From: Lama glama
Taxonomy: Eukaryota
Reading direction: 5' to 3'
NCBI GenBank assembly: GCA_028534125.1
Contig: CM052818.1
Span: 7,008,001-7,072,000, forward strand
Length of the DNA stretch: 64,000 nucleotides
The notes under the pieces were generated by a model. It worked only from the letters and a program-made list of their open reading frames with translations, made no database searches and had not been told where the DNA came from. The position numbers and the translations under genes were made by a program. Below, piece by piece: positions 23,633 to 35,862 of this stretch (position 1 is the first letter of the stretch; every line of letters begins with the position of its first letter).

Positions 23633-24404
23633 AGAATCCATCCTGCCCCTTCTCCAGGGGGCTCCATGTCCCAGGTTTGAATCTTGGCCCCTACTCCAAA
23701 ATTCCTGAGCAGACACCCAACTTCGTCAAAGAGAATGGCTAGGATCAAATTTGAAAGTGGGGTTGGAGAGCACTTGATCTTTTTCTTTCTGGGACAATCT
23801 GTGACCCCTTTAAGAAAAAGATCCCCACCCTGTAGTAGGAAAAAATGTATGTTTTTTTTTTTTTTCTTTCTCTTCAGTTTAAGAGATCAAGGAATTAGGT
23901 CTTCATCTCCATCCCCTCCCCGGGCCTTTTTTTCTTTTTTCTTTTTCAAACAAGAAATATGCTTGCCCACACTGAAAAGTACCGGCTTGAAATAAAACAA
24001 CTCCCCTTCTGTTTCACAGCCAGCAGGTTTTCTGCAACACCCCAGCCCTGCAGAGCCACAGACGGCACAGCGGGCTGGCTCTGTTGAACAGATGAACAAC
24101 TGTGGCTTAATCTGTTTTGAGGGGGGAAAAAGTCCTGAAGCAATTGATAAACAGGAGGCTGAGGTCAGCGTGAAGGAAGAGTAAATGAGGCCAGATTGGG
24201 GACCGCTGCCACGTAAGCCTCTTTCATCCTCTGTCCTGAATCGGGCATGCGGGCGACAGTCAGGACTAATCTGCTGGGAAAGGCAATGAGGCCCTCTTGC
24301 ATTGCTGGACTTTGAAGTTATGTTTTCATTATTACTCAACATTATTTTAAAACTTATTTTATATTACTTGACTTATTTGTTATTCAAAAAAAATTTCCCC
24401 TCAG

Positions 24405-24920
24405 CTTTTTTGAAGTGCAATGTAGAAAAGTGCACAAATCATAAGCACAGACCAGTGAGTGATCACAAACTAAGCACATCACATAAGCCGCACCTAGGTC
24501 AAGGACAGAACATTAGCGGCATCCCAAAGCCCCCTGCAGGACCCCCATCAGGAAAATAGCTATCCTGACTTATAACCCAGCATTAGTTTTAGAAGCTCAT
24601 ATGCATTCATGTGTGTTCTTCTAGAGACATTCTATGCATATACAAGAACATGGATATGTTATTATTTTGTGCAAATGTCACACAATGTATTTTGCACACT
24701 ATGTGGCAGATTATCCAGATTGCTCTGCCTCTGGGTTTTTTCAGATGTATCGTGATGATCATTCCATGCCACTACCTAGAAAACAGCCCTGTTTCTGGAG
24801 AAGTCACATAGTATTCCATTGTCTGAATGTTTATTTAATTTTATTAAAAGGCAAAGAGGTTGTGTCCAACCTTTTCAGAGCTGGCTTTTTTTTAAAAAAG
24901 TATTCTTGAGGTATCTTTAC
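24405..24920 (-). mobile_element. Old L1 (L1MC/ME-like) 3' fragment
   Basis: 'gtagaaaagtgcacaaatcataagcacag...cacatagtattccattgtctgaatg'. Confidence 0.55.
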
Positions 24921-25472
24921 TGTCCTTTAGATTTAAGGTGGCAGCTAGGCACTGCTCTATGGTAGCCTTAAAAAATAGGACTACTAGTTCTTACTCTCTT
25001 CTGAATTGTGTTGGGTGTGGTACCACCCGGGGTGGTCAATTGTTAGGACTCAGTTGTTCCATGTTTGAACGTGTATCCAGGAAGTGGAAAGCATGTCCCT
25101 GACGCCCCTACTTCCTTTTCTGGCAGATCTGTGTCCGGTGAGTGAATCCAACTACTTTCACCCACCCCCTTCCTCTAGTCAGCTGCTTGGCCAGCATTGT
25201 CCGGGCTGAAATCTGGAGATTTTAGGAAATGGACCTCAACAGCGCTTCCAGATAGGATTTGTTTGAGGAACTGTTGTACATTCTGCTTAAACCAAGCCTT
25301 CCTTTTCTGCCTGCCTTGTCTTCTGTCTGGAGATTCTTTTCATTTCTCACTTCCAATCCAGCCCCAGTCTCTGGTCTCTTCCTGCTTTAAACTCAGCTTG
25401 CAGAATCATTTAGACCTAATGGGAGTTCAAGTCAGTGCCTACTGCTTGCTCCTAGTGGTATTTGCCCTTCAA

Positions 25473-25612
25473 TTTTTTTTTTTTTTTTTTGGTGGAGGAA
25501 AGCAATTAGGTATATTTATTTGATTTATTTTTTAATGGAGGTTCTGAGGATTGAACCCAGGACCTCATGCGTGCTAAGCATGGACTCTACCACTGAGCTG
25601 TACCCACCTCCC
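25473..25612 (-). mobile_element. Vic-1-type SINE
   Basis: polyT followed by 'gattgaacccaggacctcatgcgtgctaagcatggactctaccactgagctgtaccc'. Confidence 0.9.
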
Positions 25613-27321
25613 TAAATTTCTTACCTTCCATAATTGTAGAACAAAAAGCTTTGCCTCCTTAAGACTTCGCAATTTCCTGACAGCAGGAACTGTTGTGTAT
25701 TCAGGAGTTGGGGCAATCTTCTCCCTGTCCTCCTTCAGGACCAGAATCAGGCCTGTCTTCTCCCAGCCCTGACGGCAGACAGAAAGGGGCAGGCCTGGCT
25801 GGTTGAGGACCTCAGGGTGAGGTAGGAGCATCTCAGTATGTGTTTCCTCTGGCGGAGGGGCAAATGCCACCAGCCTGTGCACAGGGGTGCCAAAGCTGAG
25901 CTGCAGAAACATGTCCCCCAAAGGCCAGGTCACAGGTAAGTTTCAGGGACAGGGTAGCCCTGGTTCAGTGGAGGGGAAAATTCTCAGGGCTGCCACACCA
26001 GCAGGTAAGAATCACTGGATCACCTTTGGGAACTGGCAACCACACCTTCTCTGGCCTCAGTAACCTCCTCATAGAGTTGTAATGTGGAGTAAAGGCGTTG
26101 ATATTAGCCATGGCACGTGCTCTGTAAATGTTAGCTCTAATTGTGTGAGGTGGCCAGACACAACACAGCGGCCCCACTTCCTGTTACAAGGGACCAGATT
26201 AGCTCTGTCCCCATTCTATTTCTCCTCCTCCAACTTGCCCTGCTCTCCCGACTCAGCCCGAGGGGACAGCCCAGGCTCTTCTGCCCAACGCCCGACCCAT
26301 CTTCTAGTCTCTGCAGACTCCTTCCTGCCCCTTCCTCGAGCCTGCTGCCTTAGCCAGGGAGCCTTCACTCTTCCCTTCTTCTTCCACAGGACCATCACTG
26401 CCTCAGCCTCCTTTCAGAAGGGACAAAAAGCCCACCAGGTACCAGGGGAGAAACAAATACTTCTTTCCCTGGTGCTTTTGTGTCTCTTTTGTCTTGCATT
26501 GACGAGTCTCCCTGCTTCAGCCCTTTGTATGTGCCGAGGACAGAGTCTGGTGGTAGAAGAGAAGGACGAACAATCCTGACGCCTGGGGACTCTCCTGAGA
26601 TCAGTGATGGTGCTACATCCCTGGCCCTCGGCACTATGGACCTGGTTCTGTTCTGTTTTAGGCCCTTTTTGTTTACTCCTCATGGCAGCCCTCTGACATG
26701 GTTATTAAAACCACTCCAGAGATTTTCAAACTGAGGCTCAGAGCAGGTACACATTAAGGTCTCATCACTCCTTCGGAGCAGAAATGGGATTTGAACCCAG
26801 GTCTGCCTGATCCCAGAGCCCGTGCATGTTAAAGAAAATTTGAGCCAGCAGGACTTGAGATAGTAATAACATTTTGCATTCTGTTTTGCATTTGGATCAA
26901 CTAGCCCGAGAAGTGGTGTCCTCTACTTTTGAACTTGGCACACACAATGTTTTAGCCAAGGACTTCAAGCTTTGTCTTGCCCACACATAGATTTGATTTT
27001 GAAATAGCTAGTTTGTAGATGTTCAAAAGTATTCTTGCCAAGACTCACACAGCACGTTTGTTTTCCCACACTTCTGAAATACATTCCTCCAGAAATTAAT
27101 CACCCAGAGGACAGCAGATATTAGGGAGGTGGCATCTAGGGCTCCCCTCCTCCAGAGAGGGGCTCATCGGGACAGAAGCACATCAGAAAAGGCTCTGACA
27201 GAGAAACCAGTGGATGGAAAATGGCACCTCATCTTGTGAGCGTCTAAAATGGCTTGAGAATTTTATTTGAAGTGAGCAATGCTCACCTTCGCATGACCTA
27301 GAGCAATAGCACTCAACATTG

Positions 27322-27405
27322 TTTTTTTTTTTTTTTTTTTGATGGCGGTACTGGTCATTGAACTCAGGACCTCATGCATGCTTAGCACTAAGCTATATGC
27401 ACCCC
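27322..27405 (-). mobile_element. Vic-1-type SINE with a small internal deletion
   Basis: TSD tcaacattg (27313-27321/27406-27414); polyT and SINE body. Confidence 0.9.
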
Positions 27406-27616
27406 TCAACATTGACCTTTTGTAGCTCCAAAACTGTCACAAATTTATGAAATGTCTAAGTAGAAGTTCAGCCTTAACTTCCACCCCAGGTCTTCCCAAC
27501 TTGTTCCTCTCAAGGTTTAATTAAACTATTCCTTCTCCAAATTTTTGCTTGAAGCTCTCTTTTGAACACAGTCTGCCTAATGATATCGCTAGTCTTCTAG
27601 TGCTAGACAGAGGAAC

Positions 27617-28522
27617 CACACTGGGTTGAGCAGTGTCCCTCCAAAGTTGATGTCCACCCGCAACCTCAGAATGTGACCTTATTTGGAAATAGGGTCTTTG
27701 CGGATGTAATTAGTCAAAGTGAAGTCATCCTGGGTTAGGCTGAGCTCTAAACCCAATGACTGGTGTCCTCCTAAGAGAAAGGAGGAGAAGCAGATGTATA
27801 GACACAGGCAAGGAAAAAGGCCACGTGATGATGCGGGCAGAGAGTGGAGTGAGGCAGCTACCAGTTTTCCCCCCATCTGAAGTACAGTGTTCCTGGGAAG
27901 CCTTTCGTAAGCCGAGATCACGTAAAGCAAAGAAGCAATTACCTCAGGACACACCTTGTTAACAGATACACAAAATAAATTGTGATTAAGCACCGAGGCT
28001 CACAGACACAGTGCAAAGCTATGGTGGTTTGACGCTGAGATGCTGAGTGTGGTTCCTGGGGAAGGAGCTGGGCGGTGCCACTGTCACTGCTTGGTGTGTG
28101 TGTTGGGGGGGTGGGCGCTTCCTCTACAACAGCCCCTGCAAAACCAGTGCTGAACGGTGTTTTCGCTTTTGGCCTTTTTTTGGTAAAAGCCAAATTCCTC
28201 TTCAGGTTTCTTCAGGTTTTAACAACAGGTAAGTTTGTGAAAGCAAGTACTAATATAGGTCTTCCGTAAAAGTGAAGTGGCATAAAGTGAACTTTTGAAA
28301 AGCTGGGGATACTCGTACAAGCAAAGGGACTCCAAGGATTGACGGGAACCACCAAAAACTAGAAAGAGGCCAGGAAGGACCCTCCCCTAGAGCCTTCAAA
28401 GGACCGTGGCCGGGCTGACACCTTGATTGCAGACTCCTGGCCTCCAGAACTGTGAGACAGTCCTCTTCTGGTGCTTTAAGCCACACTGTCTGTGGCACTT
28501 TGTTATGGCAGGGAAACCAACC
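27617..28522 (+). mobile_element. MLT1B/C LTR split by a Tigger-type MITE
   Basis: 'aacctcagaatgtgaccttatttggaaatagggtctttgcggatgtaattagt' ... 'gactcctggcctccagaactgtgagac...tttaagccacac'. Confidence 0.85.
27861..28315 (-). mobile_element. TcMar-Tigger-type non-autonomous DNA transposon
   Basis: TA on both sides (27859-27860/28316-28317); degenerate TIRs 'ccagttttcccccc..tctgaagt' / 'acttttgaaaagctggggatactcg'; host MLT1 is colinear across it. Confidence 0.75.
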
Positions 28523-28639
28523 CAGGGACCCTCATTCAACTCTTCAGATAAAAATCTTCCTTTACTAGGAACATTTCCATGAGATTTTCTTGTTTTTAAA
28601 CAAGACTCTCTGAGCCTTAATTTTATCACCTAAAAATTG

Positions 28640-29440
28640 TGTATTAGTCAGTTACTGCCGCATTAAAAGCGCCCCACATTTCAGTGGCATAAAACAACGA
28701 TCCTGTATTACCACACTTGAAGGTCTGTGGGGTGGCGGGACGGGGCGGCTCTGCTCCACACACCCCTTGTTCTTCTGAGACCTACAGGCCTCCTGGGCAT
28801 CTTGTGGTAATGGCAGAAGCCCAAGCTGACATTTAAAGCTTCTGCTGTGTCACTGTAACCACGTGGGACCTATGGGGCCTTCCCGGGACAGGCCCCTCCC
28901 CCACATCCTCTGCTTTAGCTCCTCTTTCAAGTACCTAGATAACAGTATCTGATGCACGTGTCCTGAGCTGTTCTGCAGATGCTAAAACCCCCGCCAAATG
29001 GAAGAAATTAACTACCTGATGACCATGAGCACGTAGCCCCTAGACCTACTGGAGCCTGAGGACTGATAATGTGACACCGCCTTGCTAACTTCACTATCAA
29101 CCAATCAGAGGATTCTGCACAAGCTGATCACACACCCTAAGATGCCCCTCCTTCACCTGGCCTTTAAAAATGCCTTCCTGAAACCCACTGGGGAGTTCAG
29201 GCGTTTTGAGCACTAGTTGCCCTGGACTCCTGGCGTGGCCCCCTGCAAGAAACGCTGCACTTTCCTTCACCACAACCCTGGGGTCAGTAGATTGGCTTCA
29301 CTGCAGGCAAGCAGACCCAGGTTTGGTTCAGTATCATCACTGCTAACATCCCACTGGCCAAATCAAGTCACAAGGCCAAGTCCGCTCTGAGCTCAGTGAG
29401 GAGGGGGAGGAGTGAATATTGCTCAACAATAATCCCAACT
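28640..29440 (-). mobile_element. MLT1H/I-like LTR split by an ERV1 LTR
   Basis: 'tattagtcagttactgccgc...tcagtggcataaaacaac' ... 'tgctaacatcccactggccaaatcaagtcacaaggccaag'. Confidence 0.65.
28854..29336 (+). mobile_element. Solo ERV1-type LTR
   Basis: TGTAAC...GTATCA; perfect TSD tcac (28850-28853/29337-29340); CCAAT and tttaaaaa boxes like the 9957 LTR. Confidence 0.85.
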
Positions 29441-29463
29441 ATTACTGATGGGGTAACACCTGC

Positions 29464-29725
29464 TGCTATAGACTGTTGTGTCCCCCCCAAACCCATAACT
29501 GGAACCCAGTCCCCGATGAGATGGTATTTGGAGGTGAAGCCTTTGGGAGGTGTTTAGGTCATGAGGGTGGAGCCTCATAAGTGAGATTAGTGCCTTTATA
29601 AAAGGGGCCCAAGAGACCCCAGAGAGCTCCCTCACCCCTTCTGCCACGTAAGGACATAGGGAAAAGATAGCTATCCATGAACCAGGAAGTAGGCTGTCAC
29701 CAGACACTAAATCTGCCAGTGCCCT
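29464..29725 (+). mobile_element. MLT1A/A0 LTR (3'-truncated)
   Basis: 'atggtatttggaggtgaagcctttgggaggtgtttaggtcatgagggtggagcctcat...gattagtgcctttataaaagg'. Confidence 0.8.
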
Positions 29726-30029
29726 GCTGTCAGGTGGTGGAATAATGCCTATTTAAGTGACTATAAATTCAGTTTTGATTTTCTGACCATGTCCTTTTTG
29801 GGTCTTAAAGTTTTCTTATGACTTTCTATGGAGGTTTTGTTGCACCCATGAAACTGCCACTCAACTTCTACACTCTCTTGGGGGAGCCATTATTCTGCTG
29901 ATCATGTGGTCAAAACCAGTGACAGGGACAGCCCAGGCTCAAGAGGAGGGAAAAGAGACTCCATTATTGATGGGAGAAGCAGCAAACTTTTGGGGCTCTG
30001 TAACCCACCAATCTATGCATCCACCCATG

Positions 30030-30200
30030 CAATCCTCACCACCACTCCACCGGGTCGGTACTGGTATTGTCCACATCTGAAGGTCAGAGACTGAGAGCAG
30101 AGATGTTACTAACCTGGCGAAGGTTGGCCAGCTAGTCAGCAGGAGAGCTGGGGTTCCAGTCTAGGCCATGTGGCAGCGGGGCCTGAGCGCTGGACTACAG
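30030..30200 (-). mobile_element. MIR fragment
   Basis: 'aatcctcaccaccactccacc...tattgtccacatctgaagg...agactgagagcagaga'. Confidence 0.55.
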
Positions 30201-30607
30201 TCACAGGTGTGACACATTAGTCTAAATAATCACTCAGTTTGGGCCACTTCCCACCCTCAGACCTGTGAGAAGAGCCTGAGGTTAGGATGTTCTTGCAGGT
30301 AGAAGTGGATGTGTGCCTTATAAACAAAATAATGCTTTTGGATTCATTTGCTTGTCTAAGAAATATGTAATTGAGCATTTGTTATGAGCCAGTCGCTGTG
30401 CTGGGCACAGAGGATAAAGATTAATAAATTAGATGCAGGGATAAATCCCTGCCCACAGTGCAGTATTAGAGTTATTACCTACATTTTATACCTGGGCATG
30501 TAAATTCTAAAGATGTTAACCTCTATATATGTCTACCGATGAGACAAGTTTTTTTTTTTCCCTAAAATTATTGCCCAGAAAAGAGGGAAGTACTTTATTT
30601 TGGGATC

Positions 30608-31604
30608 TGTAAAGGAAAAATACACTCTTGTGTGCCTCCTTTCCTCCTCACACTTAATACTTCTGACACTTCTGGTTACCAGATGTGTGGGGTTTCCACA
30701 CATCAAGTGATTGTGTGACACCAGCTGGGTGCTTACAGTTCAACTCAATTCTGGCACTGTCTACCTAGAGATGGCAGTTCTCACAGCTTAAGAGCTCAGT
30801 CCCATAAAACTGCCCCCACTTCAGATGCCAGTCACAATCCAGGCTGTCCCCTGTGCTTCTGACCTACTGGCTATAAATCAGAGGTTCCCATGACCCCTCC
30901 TCAGGTTCGATTAATTTTCTAGAGTGGGTCATGTGGGGGAGGGTATAACTCAAGTGGCAGAGTGCATGCTTAGCATGTACAAGGTCCTGGGTTCAATCCC
31001 CAGTACTGCCTCTAAAAATAAATAAATAGATAAAACTAATTATTGCTCCCCCCCAAAAAAAAAGCCTAAAAAAATATAGAGTGGGTCACATAACTCAGGA
31101 AAACACTTTACTTAATAGATTATCCATTTATTATAAAAGGATAAAACTCAGGAACAGCCAGATGGGAGAGGTGCACAGGGCCAGTTACATGGGAAGGGGC
31201 ACCAGAGCCTCCAAGCCTTCTCTGGGCGTGCCACTCATGGATGGCTTTGTTACATATGCATATTTGATCAACCGCTGGCTGAATGTAATTTAGCCCTCAG
31301 CTCCTCTCCCATCCCCAGAGGTCAAGTTGGTGGGAGTGAAAGTTTCATCTCTGTAATCAGAAGGTTGGTTCCCCTGGCAACCAGCCCCCATCCTTAGGTT
31401 ATCTTGGGGCTTCCCCAAAATCAGCTCATTAACACACACTCAGGTGTGGTTGAAAGGGGTTTATTATAGGACTAACAAAAGACACCCATTTCACCTTTAT
31501 GGCTCTCTCATCACTTAGGAAATTCCAAGGGTTTTAGGAGCTCTGAGCCAGAAATGGGAACAAAGACCAAACACATATTTCTTAACATAAATCACAATAT
31601 CACA
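30608..31604 (-). mobile_element. MER21-type LTR carrying a SINE insertion
   Basis: 'gacaccagctgggtg..ttcaactcaattctggcactgtctacctagagatggca' and end 'aaatcacaatatcaca'; 5-bp flanks ggatc/gggtc. Confidence 0.8.
30935..31076 (+). mobile_element. Vic-1-type SINE nested in MER21
   Basis: TSD tagagtgggtca(tgt/cat) at 30920-30934 and 31077-31091. Confidence 0.92.
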
Positions 31605-31649
31605 GGGTCCTTGCAATGCCTCTCATGTTACACCAATGCTTTCTGAATT

Positions 31650-32411
31650 CCTAGTTATGAAAGCTTAGGGAGATCACCAACTCAGTACAAAAGGAGGTGA
31701 GAAAATGTAGCACAGAATTGTTAGTTATTCCTGGGAATGTGACTTCACATATGCAATGCTAAAGTTGCTGTAAACAAGACTTTTATGATCACTTTAAAAA
31801 GCAGAACAGTGAGTAGTTATGTTGGAGAGACCAGTGAAAGCATGAACTGATTAATGCTATTCGAATGGGCACTTTGTGGTTTGGGATAAAATTTCCAGTG
31901 AAAGCATCTCATAAAGGGTCCAAGAGAATCTCCAACAATCCAGATGGGAGTGAGAATGCCGAACAAATGGGGCTAGTGACTGTGAGGACCCTGATGACCA
32001 AGAGGTATATGAAGAATTTAAATAGATTTTTTGAGGCGGGGTAAGTAATTCTGTTTATTTATTTATTTATTTTAATGGCGGTACTGGGGATTGAACCCAG
32101 GACCTTGTGCGTGCTAAGCATGCGCTCTACCACTGATCTATACCTTCCCCACTAAATAGATTTTTTTTTTAATGGAATATGACGGTGGGGGAAAAAACAG
32201 TATTTATGAATTAATTTATTATATTGTATAAATGGTGTTAAACATGTACATATAACTGAATTCATGTATTGAAAATTACACCATGATTTCACCTATCTCA
32301 CTAAAAGTTTTATGTGCTTAGGTTGACCAAAATATTAGAGGAAGATTTTCCTGCTGGAAAATTTAGTGCTGCCTTATATTTGATGCCAACTTCCATTTGG
32401 GCACATGTGGA
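31650..32411 (+). mobile_element. Kanga/Tc2 (pogo-like) DNA transposon fossil with a DDE transposase remnant
   Basis: Frameshifted translation TELLVIPGNVTSHMQ..VAVNKTF.DHFKKQNSE*..WDKISSESI..ISNNPDGSE resembles pogo/Tc2 DDE_1 'IPGG.TS.LQPLDV.VNKPFK...ISN.LDG.ED'; TIR-like end near 32410. Confidence 0.65.
32027..32150 (-). mobile_element. Vic-1-type SINE
   Basis: TSD taaatagatttttt (from 32019 and from 32153); near-intact body. Confidence 0.92.
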
Positions 32412-33631
32412 ACCTTGTGCCCAAAGTCAAATAATTAGGAAGGGCAGAGCAAGATCCGTCTGACCCACCCATGCGTTTGCTTTCATTCCTCCATCAGACC
32501 AGATTTTATAAACTCTGAGACAATGGTCCCTGCCCCCACTGTCCATTTAATTCCGTTTCAACTCAGAGCATTTACTGAACCCTCAATATAATGGAGGAAT
32601 TGTTTTTCCAGTCTGTAAATCACTTTTAGTACTGAACTAAGGGAGAAAAGACTGATTTTTAACTGAAGATTGAGGAAAAAGTAGTTTTGACTAAGAATAG
32701 CACTGGATTTGGTTTTATGTAGGCCATGATGCAACATGAGTTCTAGTCTTCTCTGTCTTCTGGCTTACATCCTGAGAAGAATAAAAAAATGCCTGTAAAC
32801 TCAGCCTCAGTAGGACAGTCGCAAGGAGCAAATAAACGTGCAGTTTCCCTTTGTGAGCTTTAAAATAATAAAGGAACCCCATTAATCTTTGGGCAGCACG
32901 ATTTTACATGTTTCTTGTTTGTAGGAAATTTGGCCTCCCTGTGCACCAGGGGCATGAATTTTGTTTGGTAACAACTCTGCAATATCTCATAAATTTTCTA
33001 CATGAGTATGTATTATCTTTAATCAGAAAAAAATCAGTAAATATTAATTTTTGAAAACACATTAGTATTGGGTTTACAGAATTCTACTGAGTCCATCCCA
33101 CATTTAACATCTTTCTTTCTTTTTAATCCAAGCTAAGAGAACCAAGCACTTGTCTGTAGGTAATACATTCTGGGCTCCCCTCTTAGGATCTGCCTGCCAC
33201 CTTCCCTCAAGATGCCCAGACAATTATAGACAGAGAAAAAGGAACAGAAAAATGCCAAGGGAGCTTGAGCCATGTCTTCTCTCTGTGTGTTCAGTATTTT
33301 TATGTTTCTCCCTGAGATTCTCCTTTAGGGTCACATTCTTGCAGATACATCGTCTGAAATAAAGCGGAAGACCCTGTGTGACTCAAAGCCAGCTGTGTAA
33401 CCTCTCTGAGCTGGAGTTTGCTCATCTGAAAAATAGGTGATCAGATCCCAGAGGAGAAAGAGTATGGCCTGGGGAGACAGATTCAAATCCTGACTGCGTA
33501 GTGCTGGGCAAAAAGTTGAGCTTTAGTTTCTTCGTTTGAAAGCAGGCTTCTTTGAAGATTAAATGTATCGTGTACTCTATACTGTATAACATATACTAGT
33601 ACATGCTGTATGCTAAAAACATGGTGGTGGT

Positions 33632-34207
33632 TGTGGGACACAATGCAGTGATGGACCGGTGATGCGGGTTGGTAAAAGAATTTACCAAAGGCTGACACAG
33701 CATTGTAAACTGACTATACGTCGATAAAAATAAATAAATAAATAAAACTAGTACCAAAAAAAAAAAAAAGAGAGAGAGAGAAAGAAAAAGAATTTACCGA
33801 AGGCAAAGGATGAAGATAGACAAGGAGCGTATTGGGTTACGCTGCCATAGACAACAGCGAGCCACACACACGGGAGGAGCCTGTGTGAGCCCCGAGGGTC
33901 AGTTGTTGGGGATCTTTTATATGGCTGGCTCACAAGGTAGCTGATCAGTTTGTGCACAAATTGGTTGTAGATGAGGTAAGAAATTTAGGATCTGTGAAGG
34001 GCAGTGGGGTTTATGACTCTGATAAGGTGGGCTGAAATAAGCCAGCCTGAACTAGTGTAAGATTAGACATTGCCTCCGGCTATTAGTTTGTTAGGGCAAA
34101 CACGCCCAGTAAAGAATGTACTCTATCTGTTGAGGGATCACAGGCAGACATCTGAGAGCCCAGGAATGGGGGTCGTTGGGCTTTGAAGGACGCCAGTTGG
34201 CTCCACA
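33632..34207 (-). mobile_element. ERVL-class solo LTR (MER54/MER74-like group)
   Basis: TGTGGG...TCCACA; 5-bp flanks gtggt/gtagt; 'ggtaaaagaatttacc' block typical of this group. Confidence 0.7.
33693..33785 (+). mobile_element. Ultra-short L1 3' end inserted in the ERVL LTR
   Basis: 'tgacacagcattgtaaactgactatac' matches the L1 ends near 12340 and 58800; 19-bp TSD aaaagaatttacc(a/g)aaggc at 33674-33692/33786-33804. Confidence 0.9.
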
Positions 34208-35744
34208 GTAGTGATGCTTGCTATGATAATTACTACTGCTATGTATGTGAAAGGGTTTATTGCTCTTAAAGGAAAACCACACATCACAAGGCTGCCAGCT
34301 CAGCTGTGCAAGCTGTCCGCTACACAACTCCAGGGGGTGCTGTCCACCTGGAACACAATGTCTAGTGGTGCCCTGAGAAAACATTATACAAATTTTAGAT
34401 GTTTCTTGAATTAAGAACAACAGAAAGGTAGTACAGGACTTATCTTGTTACTTTAGGCACAGTTGAGGTCCCCTAAATTGATGAAATAGTTCACAAGACC
34501 ATGCTTTTTTAAAAAGAAGGGGCTAAACTATCTGGACAGGAGTTGTTAAATTTAAACAAAATGAAAACAGAAACAACTCGAAAAACCACGACCTGAGTTC
34601 CACCTTTCTGAGCCTGTCACTCACTCACCCTCAAAGGATTTGTTCTAAGTGGTGCAGATACCAAGCAGAGTTGCCCAGGAGTCCTGGGTGTTTCTTTCCC
34701 CCTCTCGCCAAGGGAGGGGACCCAAGAGATAGACCCAGTGTGCTTGGCATGGGATTCCTGCAGTTCGGGGGGAAACTGGAGGAGTTCAAAGCAGAGGTGC
34801 TCGGAGCCAGGGGAGCACTGCAGAGGGACAGGTGTGTCCCACCGAGGGTCTCAGAGGATCTCTCCAGCAGAAGGGAGCCAGAATGGACACAGTGAAAAAA
34901 GAATTGACTTGAGTTGCTTTCAAATTTCTTTTAAGATTGGTTAAGCTCTGCTTGCCAGGGCACATGGACCACGGGATAGGGGTAGGGGCGGCGTGTGTTG
35001 GGGGGATGCTGTATCAACCAAAGTGGGAGCCAGGGAGTTGGAGTGGTGGGCTGTAGGGGTATAGCCCTTTCTAAGAAAAGCTGAGCGCATGCAGACTGCC
35101 CCCCATCCCCACGGGGGTCTCAAAAGAACCCAACACATCCTGAGGGCTCACCCACACCATTTCCCAATGGCTCTTTATAATGGCCCCAGTCAGGGACACA
35201 ATTCCTGTTCTTTACCCATACCTCGTCCCGGAGGAACCAGAGGCTGGAGGAGGAACAGAAGAATAGGTAGAAAAATGTGAGACATTTAGGATTGCCAAGA
35301 CTGGGAGAAGGAAAGAAGCTTTAAACTAAGTGAGAGAGTGAGGGACTGACTGAGGCTGCGCAGGCAGGAGGCTCTGGAGTAACACCTAAGTAAGGCTGGA
35401 AAAGCACTGGGGTCTGTGCTCTGCTATCATCTGGGGTGGGGGCGGGGGGAACCAACTTAGCAGATGTGACAAAAACAAAACCTTTTCCAGAATTCAGTCC
35501 TTGGGCCCAGCTGGATGGGTGACTGGCAATGCTGCTTCTGCTCTCTCCCTCTCCAGCTTATTTTCTTCCAGGCTCTGGCCAGGAAAGCCTGCCCAAGGCT
35601 GTGCTTTCTGCTCCAAGCTTCCGCTTCCCTGGATTGACATGTGCTTATGACTCTCCAGATAAAATGAATGTCCTCTGAAGGCAGCAACTGTGTCTCTTCT
35701 CATCCTAAACCCTTAGCACAAAGGCCATTAAAAGTTTATTACTG

Positions 35745-35862
35745 GGGGAGGGTATAGCTCAGTGGTAGAGTGCATGCTTGGCATGCATGAGGTCCTGGGT
35801 TCAATCCCCAGTACCTCCATTAAATAAATAAATAACTCTAATTATAACTCCCCCCCCCCAAA
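35745..35862 (+). mobile_element. Vic-1-type SINE (near-consensus)
   Basis: 'ggggagggtatagctcagtggtagagtgcatgcttggcatgcatgaggtcctgggttcaatccccagtacctcca'; TSD aaaagtttatta(c/t)tg at 35730-35744/35863-35877. Confidence 0.95.

Noticed and set aside
35745..35819. tRNA-Ala-like sequence with A and B boxes
   Set aside because: A-rich tail, TSD and 11 related copies mark it as a SINE, not a tRNA gene
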